Shown here in pieces: positions 1 through 8,731 of a stretch of 64,000 nucleotides of DNA. The position numbers and the translations under genes were made by a program. Under the pieces are notes generated by a model. The model made no database searches, was not told where the DNA came from, and worked only from the letters and a program-made list of their open reading frames with translations. Source of the DNA: an uncultured Bacteroidales bacterium (GTDB lineage: Bacteria > Bacteroidota > Bacteroidia > Bacteroidales > GCA-2748055); NCBI GenBank assembly GCA_963779845.1, contig CAVZZV010000006.1, forward strand, positions 226,595 to 290,594, given 5' to 3'. Numbering within the stretch: the first letter of the stretch is position 1; the number at the start of each line of letters is the position of its first letter.

Positions 1-395
1 GGTATTCTTTCCCACCAAATTTCCGGTGAAGGATTGATAAATATATTCGAGGGTCCATCCCGAAACCACGGTATAAAAAGCGAGAATCATGAAAGCCGCA
101 ACGACTCCCATGAGTCCGATCAGATACCATGGTTTTCCCGGAGCCAGCTTCCGGAATGCCCCGTATGTATTGGACTGGGAAGAACGTCCAATTACAAATT
201 CCGACATCATAACCGGAATCCCGATAACCAGGACGCAAAGAAGATAGACAAACAGGAAGGCAGCACCTCCATTTTCGCCGGTAACATAGGGAAACCTCCA
301 GATATTTCCAAGGCCAATTGCTGAGCCCGCGGCTGCCGCGATTACACCAAATTTGTTGGAAAAACTGTCCCTTGTTGGAAAATTGACCTCAGACA
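1..395 (-). CDS. sodium-dependent transporter, neurotransmitter:sodium symporter (NSS/SNF) family; 5' part only, gene runs off the left window edge
   Basis: Absent from the ORF track because there is no stop inside the window. Minus-strand translation from ATG at 395..393 reads MSEVNFPTRDSFSNKFGVIAAAAGSAIGLGNIWRFPYVTGENGGAAFLFVYLLCVLVIGIPVMMSEFVIGR... and carries the NSS signature GLGNxWRFPY. The listed + ORF 34..324 is its antisense shadow. Confidence 0.85.
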
Positions 396-511
396 TAATA
401 AGAGGATTAGTTGTAAACTGTTAAATGGGCATCCCTTGTGGGAAATCAAAGGTAGACCAGGAATTTCCGGATATCAAGCGAACCAGAGAAAAATGAGGCT
501 CCAAATAGCTG

Positions 512-548
512 AAAAAAAAGGCTGTCTAAAACTGACAGCCCTATTTTT
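512..548 (-). terminator. rho-independent terminator downstream of fbaA (hairpin flanked by A-run and T-run, usable in both directions)
   Basis: A8 run 512-519, stem GGCTGTC 520-526, loop TAAAACT, stem GACAGCC 534-540, then CTATTTTT. On the minus strand the hairpin starts 22 nt after the fbaA stop and is followed by T8. Confidence 0.6.
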
Positions 549-562
549 CTCAATTTACCGAT

Positions 563-1642
563 TTATAATCTGTCTATACAATTCAGATCTTCAAATGCGA
601 CTTTCAGGCGTTCCACTGTTGAAATTTCGGCTTCCCGTAACCATACGCGCGGATCGTATTTTTTCTTGTTGGGTTTATCTTCACCTTCCGGATTACCAAT
701 CTGGCCCTGGAGGAAATCATGGTTTTTGGCTTCGTATTTCCTTACACCCTCCCAGAAAGACCATTGGGTATCGGTATCAATATTCATTTTAATAACTCCA
801 TATCCAACAGCTTCCCTTATTTCTGCATGAGTAGAACCCGAACCTCCATGGAATACAAAATTTACCGGCTTTTCTTCAGTTTTGAATTTTTCCTGTATAT
901 ATTTTTGAGAATTATCCAGGATTTTCGGTGTCAATTTAACATTCCCGGGTTTATAAACACCATGGACATTACCGAATGAAGCAGCAATGGTGAAATTTTC
1001 AGATATTTTCTTAAGCTCGCTATAGGCATAAGCCACATCCTCGGGCTGGGTATACAGTAAACTGTTATCCACAGCCGAATTATCCACACCGTCTTCTTCC
1101 CCCCCGGTAACCCCAAGTTCAATTTCCAGGGTCATTTCGATTTTGCTCATGCGCTCCAGGTATTTTTTACAGGTTTCAATGTTTTCCTTGAGGGGTTCTT
1201 CCGAAAGATCGAGCATGTGTGAAGAAAAGAGCGGTTTACCATATTGCTTATAGTGTTTTTCACCATGGTCCAGGAGCCCGTCTATCCAGGGCAAAAGTTT
1301 TTTTGCTGCATGATCAGTATGGATTATTACTGGCACTCCGTACAATTCAGATATCATGTGGATATGCTTCGCACCTGAAACACCTCCCATAATTGCAGCA
1401 GCCTGTTGATCGTTGGAAAGGGATTTTCCTGCATAGAATATTGCCCCGCCGTTTGAAAATTGAATAATTACGGGAGAATTAACCACTTTTGCAGCTTCTA
1501 ATACTGCGTTCACTGAATTCGTGCTTACCACATTTACCGCGGGGAGAGCAAATTTCTCCTCTTTTGCTATCTTAAAGATTTTTTTTACATCATCGCCAGT
1601 AGCAACTCCCGGCTTAACATGATCAAGGATTTTTTGAGACAT
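563..1642 (-). CDS. fbaA: class II fructose-bisphosphate aldolase
   Basis: 359-aa ORF with full-length FbaA-like sequence. Motifs: PVIIQFSNGG, HTDHAAKKLLPW, LEIELGVTGGEEDGVDN, FVFHGGSGS. Confidence 0.95.
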   Translation of the reverse strand: MSQKILDHVKPGVATGDDVKKIFKIAKEEKFALPAVNVVSTNSVNAVLEAAKVVNSPVIIQFSNGGAIFYAGKSLSNDQQAAAIMGGVSGAKHIHMISELYGVPVIIHTDHAAKKLLPWIDGLLDHGEKHYKQYGKPLFSSHMLDLSEEPLKENIETCKKYLERMSKIEMTLEIELGVTGGEEDGVDNSAVDNSLLYTQPEDVAYAYSELKKISENFTIAASFGNVHGVYKPGNVKLTPKILDNSQKYIQEKFKTEEKPVNFVFHGGSGSTHAEIREAVGYGVIKMNIDTDTQWSFWEGVRKYEAKNHDFLQGQIGNPEGEDKPNKKKYDPRVWLREAEISTVERLKVAFEDLNCIDRL

Positions 1643-1685
1643 AATACTATTTTTAAAAGTTATGATGAGTGTCTATAATTTTCGG

Positions 1686-1693
1686 CAAATTTA
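1686..1693 (-). promoter_or_regulatory. candidate Bacteroidota sigma-A -7 box (TAAATTTG) for fbaA
   Basis: Plus-strand CAAATTTA is minus-strand TAAATTTG, which matches TAnnTTTG, 44 nt upstream of the fbaA ATG. No clear -33 TTTG. Confidence 0.3.
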
Positions 1694-1771
1694 TAATTTA
1701 TTGTTGAATAATCCCCGTTTTTTATGCTTTTTTCGGGGCGGCATGGGTGATCCTTGCGGTCACCGAGATGG

Positions 1772-4207
1772 TTAAAACGGATATCCAATTCCGATATTGA
1801 CGGTAAAATCATCGCCCCGGAACCCTCTGTTCCCAATTATCCATCGATTATTTTCAAGTCCGGCCGGATCCCTCAATTTCAATCCCAAATCGACCCGGAA
1901 GGTGAAGAAAGAAAATACGAACCGGGTCCCAAACCCAGTCCCTAAAGCAATTTCCTTATAAAACCTGTTCCATTCAAAAAGTGCCCCTTCCCTTTCATCA
2001 CTACTATTGATGGCCCAGATATTGCCAGCATCCAGGAAAAAGGCTCCTTCAAGTATCCAGAAAAGCTTAAAACGGTATTCAAGGTTTGCCTCAAGTTTAA
2101 TATCTGCTGTCTTATTGGGATATAGACTTTCGGCATCTTTTTCAATGTATGAACCGGGTCCGAGATTCCTTACCTGCCAGGCCCTTATACTGTTGGCTCC
2201 GCCTGAGAAATATTTTTTTTCAAAGGGGAGTGCTTCCGAATTCTTATAAGGGACCCCCGCCCCTGCGAAAACCCGGTAAACCAGCGAACTTTTTTCATCA
2301 AATATATTATAATAGCGCAGGTCAATATCCCCCTTCAGATATTGAGCAAAATCGGTATTGAACAGTTTATAACTCCCATTTTCTTTAGTGGCACCGGCAA
2401 TACGATATGCGGAATACAGGAGGTTTCCAGCCGATTCAATGTTAAATCTCAGGTAAGAAAAATCGGTCTTCTTTTTTAAGTTCTGGTTATTGAAAACGAG
2501 GCTATAGCTGCTTACTGTGACCAGATGGGGTTGATAGGAATAAGCGATATATTTCCCCTCAAGCCACCGGGTAAATTCCGGTGATTTATAAGGTATTTTT
2601 ACCAGATTTAATTCAATAGGGTTTATTACGTGTGAAAGGAATTTATTCCCTCTCCAATTATACCCAAAGGAGGCATTGGCAAGGGTTCGTGTATAATCCG
2701 GGCGTTGCTGATAATTATATGCAAGGGAAATAGCCGTTGCCGGATTGAATTTCTTGATGAATTGATCAGTTTTAAAAGGCAAAAGGAATTTTGGAATATT
2801 AAAACGGATTTCCGATCCATACTCGATGAGGTTTCCATAAGCGGATGAATTGGATTCCTTAATCGTTTCAATAGCCCCCGTGAATCTCACATCAAGGTTT
2901 TCGGCATTTCTGAAAAGGTTCCTATGCTGAAATATCAGGTTACCTGCTGCGCCAATATTCCCGGAAGAATTGGTACCCTCAAGCTCTACTGTAAATGATT
3001 GAAGCGTTTGAGTGGTCAGCATTATACTGCAGTCCAGTAACCGGGTTGAATTGGATGTTCCGGTTGAATCAGGCTCATCAGGGATCACAGGCTTAAACTC
3101 AATGGTGACCAGCCTGAAAATTCTCAATGAATTTAAATTCCGATAGCTCCGTTTTACATTGGTTACATCATAAAGGTCCCCGGGCTGGATATAATTGGAT
3201 TCAAGGATAATTCCCGGTTTAACATTCTGCTTGTCCAGGTATTTGATACTAATACTATCTATTTCTATGGTATGCAAATTATCTAAATATGCCTGATTCC
3301 CTCCAAGCACTTCCCTGGGTTTGTAGTTGGTATAAATAAGCACCTTCCGTATCCTGTATTTTGGGTGGGGCACATCAACGAAAGATCCGTTTTCATCATA
3401 TTCATGATAAGCTTTTATGACTACTGTAAGGTCGACTTTTCGGGTCGAAGAAATAGTATCAGCCTTGTAAAATACATATTCCCTGGTGAAATTGTAGTAG
3501 CCTTTAGATAAAAGTGTCTGCTCTATTCTTTCACGTTCAGATGCGAGCACATCTTCATCAAACAAATCTCCTTTCTTTAATAAAGTGTTCACCGTATCGG
3601 ACAATACAGGCTGCTGTATTGTTGAATCTTCGAACTGGTAAGTGATCGCACTAATCCTATAGGGTTTATTTGCTTCAACCCGGTATACTACGTTGGCTTT
3701 TTTATTATGGAAGAAACTTGTGTCGCTGACATTTGCATAATAAAATCCCTTATTGCGAAGATAGAGTTCCAGCTGACTCACTGTTCTTTGGGTAAGAAGC
3801 GAATCATATATCACGGGCTCTTCCCCTACAGTCCTTAGCGAATTGTTAAACCAATTGTTCTTATCATCCCTGGCAAGATTATATAGTGCGAGATAAAATT
3901 TAAATCCCAGAATTTCCTTGTTAGGTTTTTGCCTGACATAACCGGTCATTTCTTCCCGGTCGATTAACCGGCTATCCGTTTTAATCTTATAGGTTTGTAA
4001 AAGATACTCATCCTCAGGGACAGATCTCGTAATCCTGCAAGAATCAAAAAGAAATGCGAGGCTTATAAATAATACAAAAATGAATTTTCCTTTGAGGGAA
4101 TTTGTAAACAAAATGTTTGAAATCAAAAATTTATAATCAGATTTACGTGCAAATATAGAGAACTTGATTTTATGATTATTTATTTTTGATGGTTTAATAA
4201 TTAACAT
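1772..4207 (-). CDS. BamA/TamA (Omp85) family outer-membrane protein
   Basis: 811-aa maximal ORF with POTRA-like N-terminal repeats followed by a surface-antigen (D15) type barrel. It ends ...VNIGIGYPF, and a terminal aromatic residue is typical of OMPs. The ATG at 4207 is only 10 bp from the divergent trmH-like ATG, and the first 32 codons overlap two predicted promoter boxes. A TTG at 4111 would give MFTNSLKGKFIFVLFISLAFLFDSC, a lipoprotein-type signal, so the true start is probably near 4111. Confidence 0.8.
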   Translation of the reverse strand: MLIIKPSKINNHKIKFSIFARKSDYKFLISNILFTNSLKGKFIFVLFISLAFLFDSCRITRSVPEDEYLLQTYKIKTDSRLIDREEMTGYVRQKPNKEILGFKFYLALYNLARDDKNNWFNNSLRTVGEEPVIYDSLLTQRTVSQLELYLRNKGFYYANVSDTSFFHNKKANVVYRVEANKPYRISAITYQFEDSTIQQPVLSDTVNTLLKKGDLFDEDVLASERERIEQTLLSKGYYNFTREYVFYKADTISSTRKVDLTVVIKAYHEYDENGSFVDVPHPKYRIRKVLIYTNYKPREVLGGNQAYLDNLHTIEIDSISIKYLDKQNVKPGIILESNYIQPGDLYDVTNVKRSYRNLNSLRIFRLVTIEFKPVIPDEPDSTGTSNSTRLLDCSIMLTTQTLQSFTVELEGTNSSGNIGAAGNLIFQHRNLFRNAENLDVRFTGAIETIKESNSSAYGNLIEYGSEIRFNIPKFLLPFKTDQFIKKFNPATAISLAYNYQQRPDYTRTLANASFGYNWRGNKFLSHVINPIELNLVKIPYKSPEFTRWLEGKYIAYSYQPHLVTVSSYSLVFNNQNLKKKTDFSYLRFNIESAGNLLYSAYRIAGATKENGSYKLFNTDFAQYLKGDIDLRYYNIFDEKSSLVYRVFAGAGVPYKNSEALPFEKKYFSGGANSIRAWQVRNLGPGSYIEKDAESLYPNKTADIKLEANLEYRFKLFWILEGAFFLDAGNIWAINSSDEREGALFEWNRFYKEIALGTGFGTRFVFSFFTFRVDLGLKLRDPAGLENNRWIIGNRGFRGDDFTVNIGIGYPF
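4150..4157 (-). promoter_or_regulatory. candidate -7 box (TATATTTG) for the BamA/TamA-like gene
   Basis: Plus-strand CAAATATA is minus-strand TATATTTG, 39 nt upstream of the alternative TTG start at 4111. Confidence 0.35.
4181..4188 (+). promoter_or_regulatory. candidate -7 box (TATTTTTG) for the TrmH-family gene
   Basis: Matches TAnnTTTG, 30 nt upstream of the ATG at 4218. It lies back-to-back with the minus-strand box at 4150-4157. Confidence 0.35.
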
Positions 4208-4217
4208 AGCTGCTTTT

Positions 4218-4982
4218 ATGCTTTCAAAATCACAGATTAAATATTACTCTTCCCTGAAGCAGAAGAAATTCCGTGACCGGTATGGATATTTTCTTGCCGA
4301 AGGGGAAAAGATATCTACTGAATTCCTTAAAAACGGGAGTAATTTTCTGAAAATAAAAAGTATTATTGCCCTTGGAGAATTCCTGAACAAAATTGAACTC
4401 CCTGATGGAATTAAGGTAATTGAAGCCGACAAAGATGAACTGGGGAAAATATCCTCTCTGGAAAATCCGAATCTCGCTATCCTTGAACTGGAAATCCCGA
4501 AGCAAGAAATTAATTACCCGGAATTGCGAGCCCAATTCTCACTTTTCCTGGAAGAAATTGCTGATCCCGGTAACCTGGGCACCATAATCAGAACGGCTGA
4601 TTGGTTTGGGATTAAAGACATTTTCTGCAGTGAAGGAAGCGTAGATCCATTCAATCCAAAAGTGATCCAGGCCAGCATGGGTTCCTTCGCAAGAGTAAGA
4701 GTTATCAGTATAAATTTTATTGAATTCATGAAGGGACTTGGCTCCCTGCCTTACCCCCTTCCAAAAATTGCCACTGTGCTTGATGGCAAAAGTATTTACC
4801 AGACCCGACTGCCAGGTGAGGGAATAGTGTTTTTCGGGAACGAAAGCCGCGGTCTAAGTGAGGGCATCATCAGGGAGTCAGACCTTAAAGTTTCCATTCC
4901 CCCGGACAATGGCTCAGGGGCGGAATCGTTAAATGTCGGGGTGGCCGTGGGGGTTTTTTGTTCAGTTATAAAAAGAGGCTGA
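4218..4982 (+). CDS. TrmH/SpoU family RNA 2'-O-methyltransferase
   Basis: 254 aa. SpoU motifs: DPGNLGTIIRTADWFG, FFGNESRGLS, IPPDNGSGAESLNVGVAVG. Confidence 0.85.
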   Translation: MLSKSQIKYYSSLKQKKFRDRYGYFLAEGEKISTEFLKNGSNFLKIKSIIALGEFLNKIELPDGIKVIEADKDELGKISSLENPNLAILELEIPKQEINYPELRAQFSLFLEEIADPGNLGTIIRTADWFGIKDIFCSEGSVDPFNPKVIQASMGSFARVRVISINFIEFMKGLGSLPYPLPKIATVLDGKSIYQTRLPGEGIVFFGNESRGLSEGIIRESDLKVSIPPDNGSGAESLNVGVAVGVFCSVIKRG

Positions 4983-5010
4983 GCTTATGATTTAACTACC
5001 GGAGAGGAAC

Positions 5011-5754
5011 TTATTCAAAATGGAAGCATAGCATGACCATATAGGAATTAAGTCTATCAAACGATTGTATATATTGCGGGTATCCCACAGCGGGATCATC
5101 AACAATGATATTTAATAAACCAACAGCCAGTTTAATCTCTGTGGAAAATTTAAAATAGGTCAGGTAATAATCCATTCCGAAACCAAATTCAAAATACAGA
5201 TCGGCTGGTTTAACCCTGATATATACCTGTTCCCCCTCATTATAATCCTTTTTGGCTGCCATATCATAACGAAAGTTCAATCCCCCGATAAGGTATGGTC
5301 GCACGTTGTTCAGACGGTCTGCCCGATATTTAAGCAATAAGGGGAAATCGAGATAACTGGCTTCCAGTGTCATACGGGAATCGAGGGTGTCACCCCGAAA
5401 AAAAGTGAATGTCCTCTCTCCCAGGGTGATACCCGGTAAAAAACGCAGGTTCAGGTTATTTGTCAGTCTTAAATCGGAAACTATATTGACATTTATTCCA
5501 GCTCCGGGGGAAGTAATATCGGGGTAAAGGTTGTTCGCATAGCTTCGTTTGAAAGCCATGTCCATGGTATTCATTCCGATAGAAAACCCGAAACGGAGGG
5601 TCTTATAATCATAACCGGCCATATTTTGGGGACGTTTCGTCTGAGATAACAGCAAAACCGGACAAAAAGCAAGAAATAGCAGGATGAATTTCTTCAAGCG
5701 GATTTTTTTATTTGTTAAAACGAAGAGAGCACGAAAATAGTATAAGTTACTCAT
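5011..5754 (-). CDS. PorT/SprT-like outer-membrane beta-barrel protein (T9SS-associated family)
   Basis: 247 aa with signal peptide KKFILLFLAFCPVLLLSQ and an alternating beta-strand pattern. Its size and its position directly downstream of ubiE (TAATG stop/start overlap) match the ubiE-porT synteny I recall from many Bacteroidota. The family call is from memory, not from a search. Confidence 0.55.
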   Translation of the reverse strand: MSNLYYFRALFVLTNKKIRLKKFILLFLAFCPVLLLSQTKRPQNMAGYDYKTLRFGFSIGMNTMDMAFKRSYANNLYPDITSPGAGINVNIVSDLRLTNNLNLRFLPGITLGERTFTFFRGDTLDSRMTLEASYLDFPLLLKYRADRLNNVRPYLIGGLNFRYDMAAKKDYNEGEQVYIRVKPADLYFEFGFGMDYYLTYFKFSTEIKLAVGLLNIIVDDPAVGYPQYIQSFDRLNSYMVMLCFHFE

Positions 5755-6563
5755 TAATCATCCACCTTTCCATAATAAATTGTTGCAATTCCCCCCGACA
5801 GGGATTTTAATCCCATTTCCTTAAAACCGCATTCTTCCATTATCCGGAGCATTCCGCGCCCTGAAGGAAAGGCCGATATTGAATGCGGAAGATAATGATA
5901 TGCAGCCTTGTCAGGCGTAAAAAAGGAGGCCAGGAAAGGCAAAAGTTTATGTGAATAAAACTGATAGAAAAAGCGGGTGGGACCGGCAGGGGGAGTGGAA
6001 AATTCAAGAATATAAAGCCTTCCGCCCTTGCATAATACCCGATGCATCTCCGATAGCCCGGCTTTCAGGTTTTCAAAATTCCTGACACCAAAAGCTACGG
6101 TAATGATCTCAAATGAATGGGACTTAAAAGGCATCTCCTCAGAATCGGCGAGTATAAAATCAATTTTCAGTTTCTTTTTAATTGCCTTTTTTCGGGCTAT
6201 GACCAGCATCTCTTCGGCCATATCAGCACCTGTAATGGAAGCCGGATCAAGTTTTTGAAGAGTGAAAGCCAGATCGCCGGTACCTGTTGCAACGTCGAGT
6301 ATCCGTGATTCCTGAAGCGGAACGGGAAGGGAGACAGACTGCTCTTTTAGAATTGAAACCAGTTTTCGCCGCCAGACCCTGTCAATGTTAAAGGACAGAA
6401 AATGATTCAGAAAATCATACCGGCTTGCGATTTTATTAAACATAGACCTCACCTGCTCTTTGCGGGATTCGGGCTGGTTGCTATAAGGTTTTATCAAAAT
6501 AGTAAATTTTGAAAAGTTCAAAAATAGCAAATATTCCCAGGATTTTCCAACCCCTAATACCAT
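5754..6563 (-). CDS. ubiE: demethylmenaquinone / ubiquinone C-methyltransferase
   Basis: Motifs: KPYSN...KEQVRSMFNKIASRYDFLNHFLSFNIDRVWRRK, SAM motif LDVATGTGDLA, GGRLYILEFS. The first ~20 codons of the 269-aa ORF may be a 5' over-extension. Confidence 0.85.
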   Translation of the reverse strand: MVLGVGKSWEYLLFLNFSKFTILIKPYSNQPESRKEQVRSMFNKIASRYDFLNHFLSFNIDRVWRRKLVSILKEQSVSLPVPLQESRILDVATGTGDLAFTLQKLDPASITGADMAEEMLVIARKKAIKKKLKIDFILADSEEMPFKSHSFEIITVAFGVRNFENLKAGLSEMHRVLCKGGRLYILEFSTPPAGPTRFFYQFYSHKLLPFLASFFTPDKAAYHYLPHSISAFPSGRGMLRIMEECGFKEMGLKSLSGGIATIYYGKVDD

Positions 6564-6686
6564 ATTACCTGGACTATGACTTAAAGTATATGCGTTGAAT
6601 CAGCTTTTCATGTACTGATCGCTCTCTCTTTTTATACAAAAATGCCATTAAGGGATATCCTCGTTTGATATAATTATTAAGTTGTG

Positions 6687-6694
6687 TATTTTTG
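6687..6694 (+). promoter_or_regulatory. candidate -7 box (TATTTTTG) with -33-like TTTG at 6664-6667, upstream of the SDR gene
   Basis: Matches TAnnTTTG. A TTTG lies 19 bp upstream. The box is 88 nt before the ATG at 6782. Confidence 0.35.
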
Positions 6695-6781
6695 CTGTAA
6701 AATCACAAGAGGGGCTGGTAGTTTGGCTTTTCCTTAAAAATACCTAATCATTAAAGTCTCCGTAAAAGAAATATCTGATTT

Positions 6782-7549
6782 ATGAACAAATTAGCAATGA
6801 TTACCGGTGCCACTGCAGGAATCGGTCGGGCAACAGCACTTCTCCTGGCACAAAATGGTTTTGACCTGGTCATTACAGGAAGAAGAAGGGAACGCCTTAT
6901 CGATCTTGAAGAAGAAATTAAGAAAGAGACCGGGAGCGATATTTTCAGCCTTCATTTTGATGTACGTTCAAGGAAAGAGGTCAATACTGCACTCTCTGAA
7001 CTTACCGGGAAGTGGAGGAAAATAGATGTACTGGTCAACAATGCCGGGCTGGCATCCGGGCTCAACCGCTTTAATGATGCCGACATAGACGACTGGGAGA
7101 CCATGATCGATACGAATATTAAAGGCTTGTTGTACGTGAGTAAGGAAATTTCAAAACTGATGGTGGAAAGGAAATCCGGTCATATCATCAATTTGTCTTC
7201 GATTGCGGGAAAAGAAGTCTACCCCGATGGAAATGTATATTGCGCCACAAAACATGCTGTCGATGCACTCTCAAAAGCTATGCGCGCTGATCTTCTGGAA
7301 TTTAATATTAAAGTCACCAATATCGCACCCGGAATGGTCGACACCGAATTTTCGACTGTCCGTTTCAAAGGAGACAAGAAAAAAGCAGATAAGGTTTATG
7401 AAGGGTTAACCCCACTTTATGCCTCAGATATTGCAGAGTGTATACTTTTTGCGGTAAACCGGCCTCAACATGTTTGTATTAATGACCTCATTGTAATGCC
7501 TACGGCACAGGCATCGGCTACCCAGGTGAAGCGGGTAATAGAGGACTGA
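6782..7549 (+). CDS. SDR family NADP-dependent oxidoreductase (YdfG / 3-hydroxy acid dehydrogenase-like)
   Basis: 255 aa. Motifs: TGATAGIG cofactor motif, NNAG, catalytic YCATKHAV. Confidence 0.85.
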   Translation: MNKLAMITGATAGIGRATALLLAQNGFDLVITGRRRERLIDLEEEIKKETGSDIFSLHFDVRSRKEVNTALSELTGKWRKIDVLVNNAGLASGLNRFNDADIDDWETMIDTNIKGLLYVSKEISKLMVERKSGHIINLSSIAGKEVYPDGNVYCATKHAVDALSKAMRADLLEFNIKVTNIAPGMVDTEFSTVRFKGDKKKADKVYEGLTPLYASDIAECILFAVNRPQHVCINDLIVMPTAQASATQVKRVIED

Positions 7550-7626
7550 ATTGATAATTATCGTCAGGGGGATTATTTTAAAAGATAAAAAAAACCATAT
7601 TTAATAACGAAATTAAAAACGACCTA

Positions 7627-8703
7627 ATGCACTCAATCCAATATCTCAAAGATTTTACCACTGAAGTTTTTATCAAAATGGGATGCAGCGAGAAAGATGC
7701 CTCCCTGGCTACAGATGTTTTTATCGCGGCCGAACTCCGTGGCCTTTCCTCCCATGGTATGATCCGGATAAAAGATTATTTCCAATTATGGCAGGCAAAA
7801 AGAATCAATGTAAAACCCATGATTAAGATTGTACATGAATCCCCCAGCACTGCGGTTGTGGACGGAGATGGAGGAATAGGGATGATCCCGGCAAGTTTTG
7901 CCATGCATCTTGCCATGGAAAAAGCGGAAAAAGCCGGATCGGGCTGGGTCTCTGTCAGAAATTCTAACCATTTCGGAATAGCCGGATATTATGCTATGAT
8001 GGCACTGGAACGGGAGATGATCGGTATGGCAATGACCAATGCCAATCCGTTGGTTGCACCCACCTTTTCATTATCCAGACTTTTGGGAACAAATCCACTT
8101 GCCGTGGCCATTCCTGCCGGAAAACGGGACCCATTTGTAGCCGATTTTTCAACCACTCCCATTGCCAGGGGTAAACTTGCTGTTTCGGCAAAAAAAGGAG
8201 AAAAGGTCCCCTTTGGCTATGTTCAGGACAAGGAAGGGAATCCCTCTGATGACCCCGATATTTTGAAAGAGGGAGGGTCAATGCTCACCCTTGGTGGCGA
8301 CTATGAGCATGGAAGCCATAAAGGATATTGCATGAGTGCCATTGTCGACATTTTCTCAGCCGTTCTTTCCGGGGCGAATTTCGGGCCCTTTGTCCCTCCC
8401 TCAGTGGCTTATCTGCCGGTGTTGGAAAAAAAGGTGGGCGAAGGTACTGGGCATTTTTTCGGCGCGATGCGCATTGATGCTTTTCAACCTGCAGATGCAT
8501 TTAAATCCAAAATGGACGAGTGGATAGATACCTTTAAGAATGCCAAAGTTGTTTCCGGACAAGAAGAGGTGCTTATTCCAGGAGAGTTAGAGCGAAGAAA
8601 AGAGGAAAAAATAAAAAGAGAGGGGATTCATTTGCTCAAACCAATTGCAATGGAGTTAAAAGAAATTGCTGATTTCTTAAAGATTGATTTTGAATTACAG
8701 TAG
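7627..8703 (+). CDS. Ldh_2 family (malate/L-lactate/ureidoglycolate dehydrogenase type 2) oxidoreductase
   Basis: 358 aa. Motifs: LRGLSSHGMIRI, NSNHFGIAGYYA, GTNPLAVAIP, HKGYCMS. Confidence 0.8.
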   Translation: MHSIQYLKDFTTEVFIKMGCSEKDASLATDVFIAAELRGLSSHGMIRIKDYFQLWQAKRINVKPMIKIVHESPSTAVVDGDGGIGMIPASFAMHLAMEKAEKAGSGWVSVRNSNHFGIAGYYAMMALEREMIGMAMTNANPLVAPTFSLSRLLGTNPLAVAIPAGKRDPFVADFSTTPIARGKLAVSAKKGEKVPFGYVQDKEGNPSDDPDILKEGGSMLTLGGDYEHGSHKGYCMSAIVDIFSAVLSGANFGPFVPPSVAYLPVLEKKVGEGTGHFFGAMRIDAFQPADAFKSKMDEWIDTFKNAKVVSGQEEVLIPGELERRKEEKIKREGIHLLKPIAMELKEIADFLKIDFELQ

Positions 8704-8731
8704 AGAAAATTTATGAATTTCACTTTCAAAA

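Noticed and set aside
34-792. Plus-strand ORFs 34..324 and 436..792
   Set aside because: The first is antisense to the NSS transporter N-terminus. The second spans the terminator and the fbaA 3' end in antisense.
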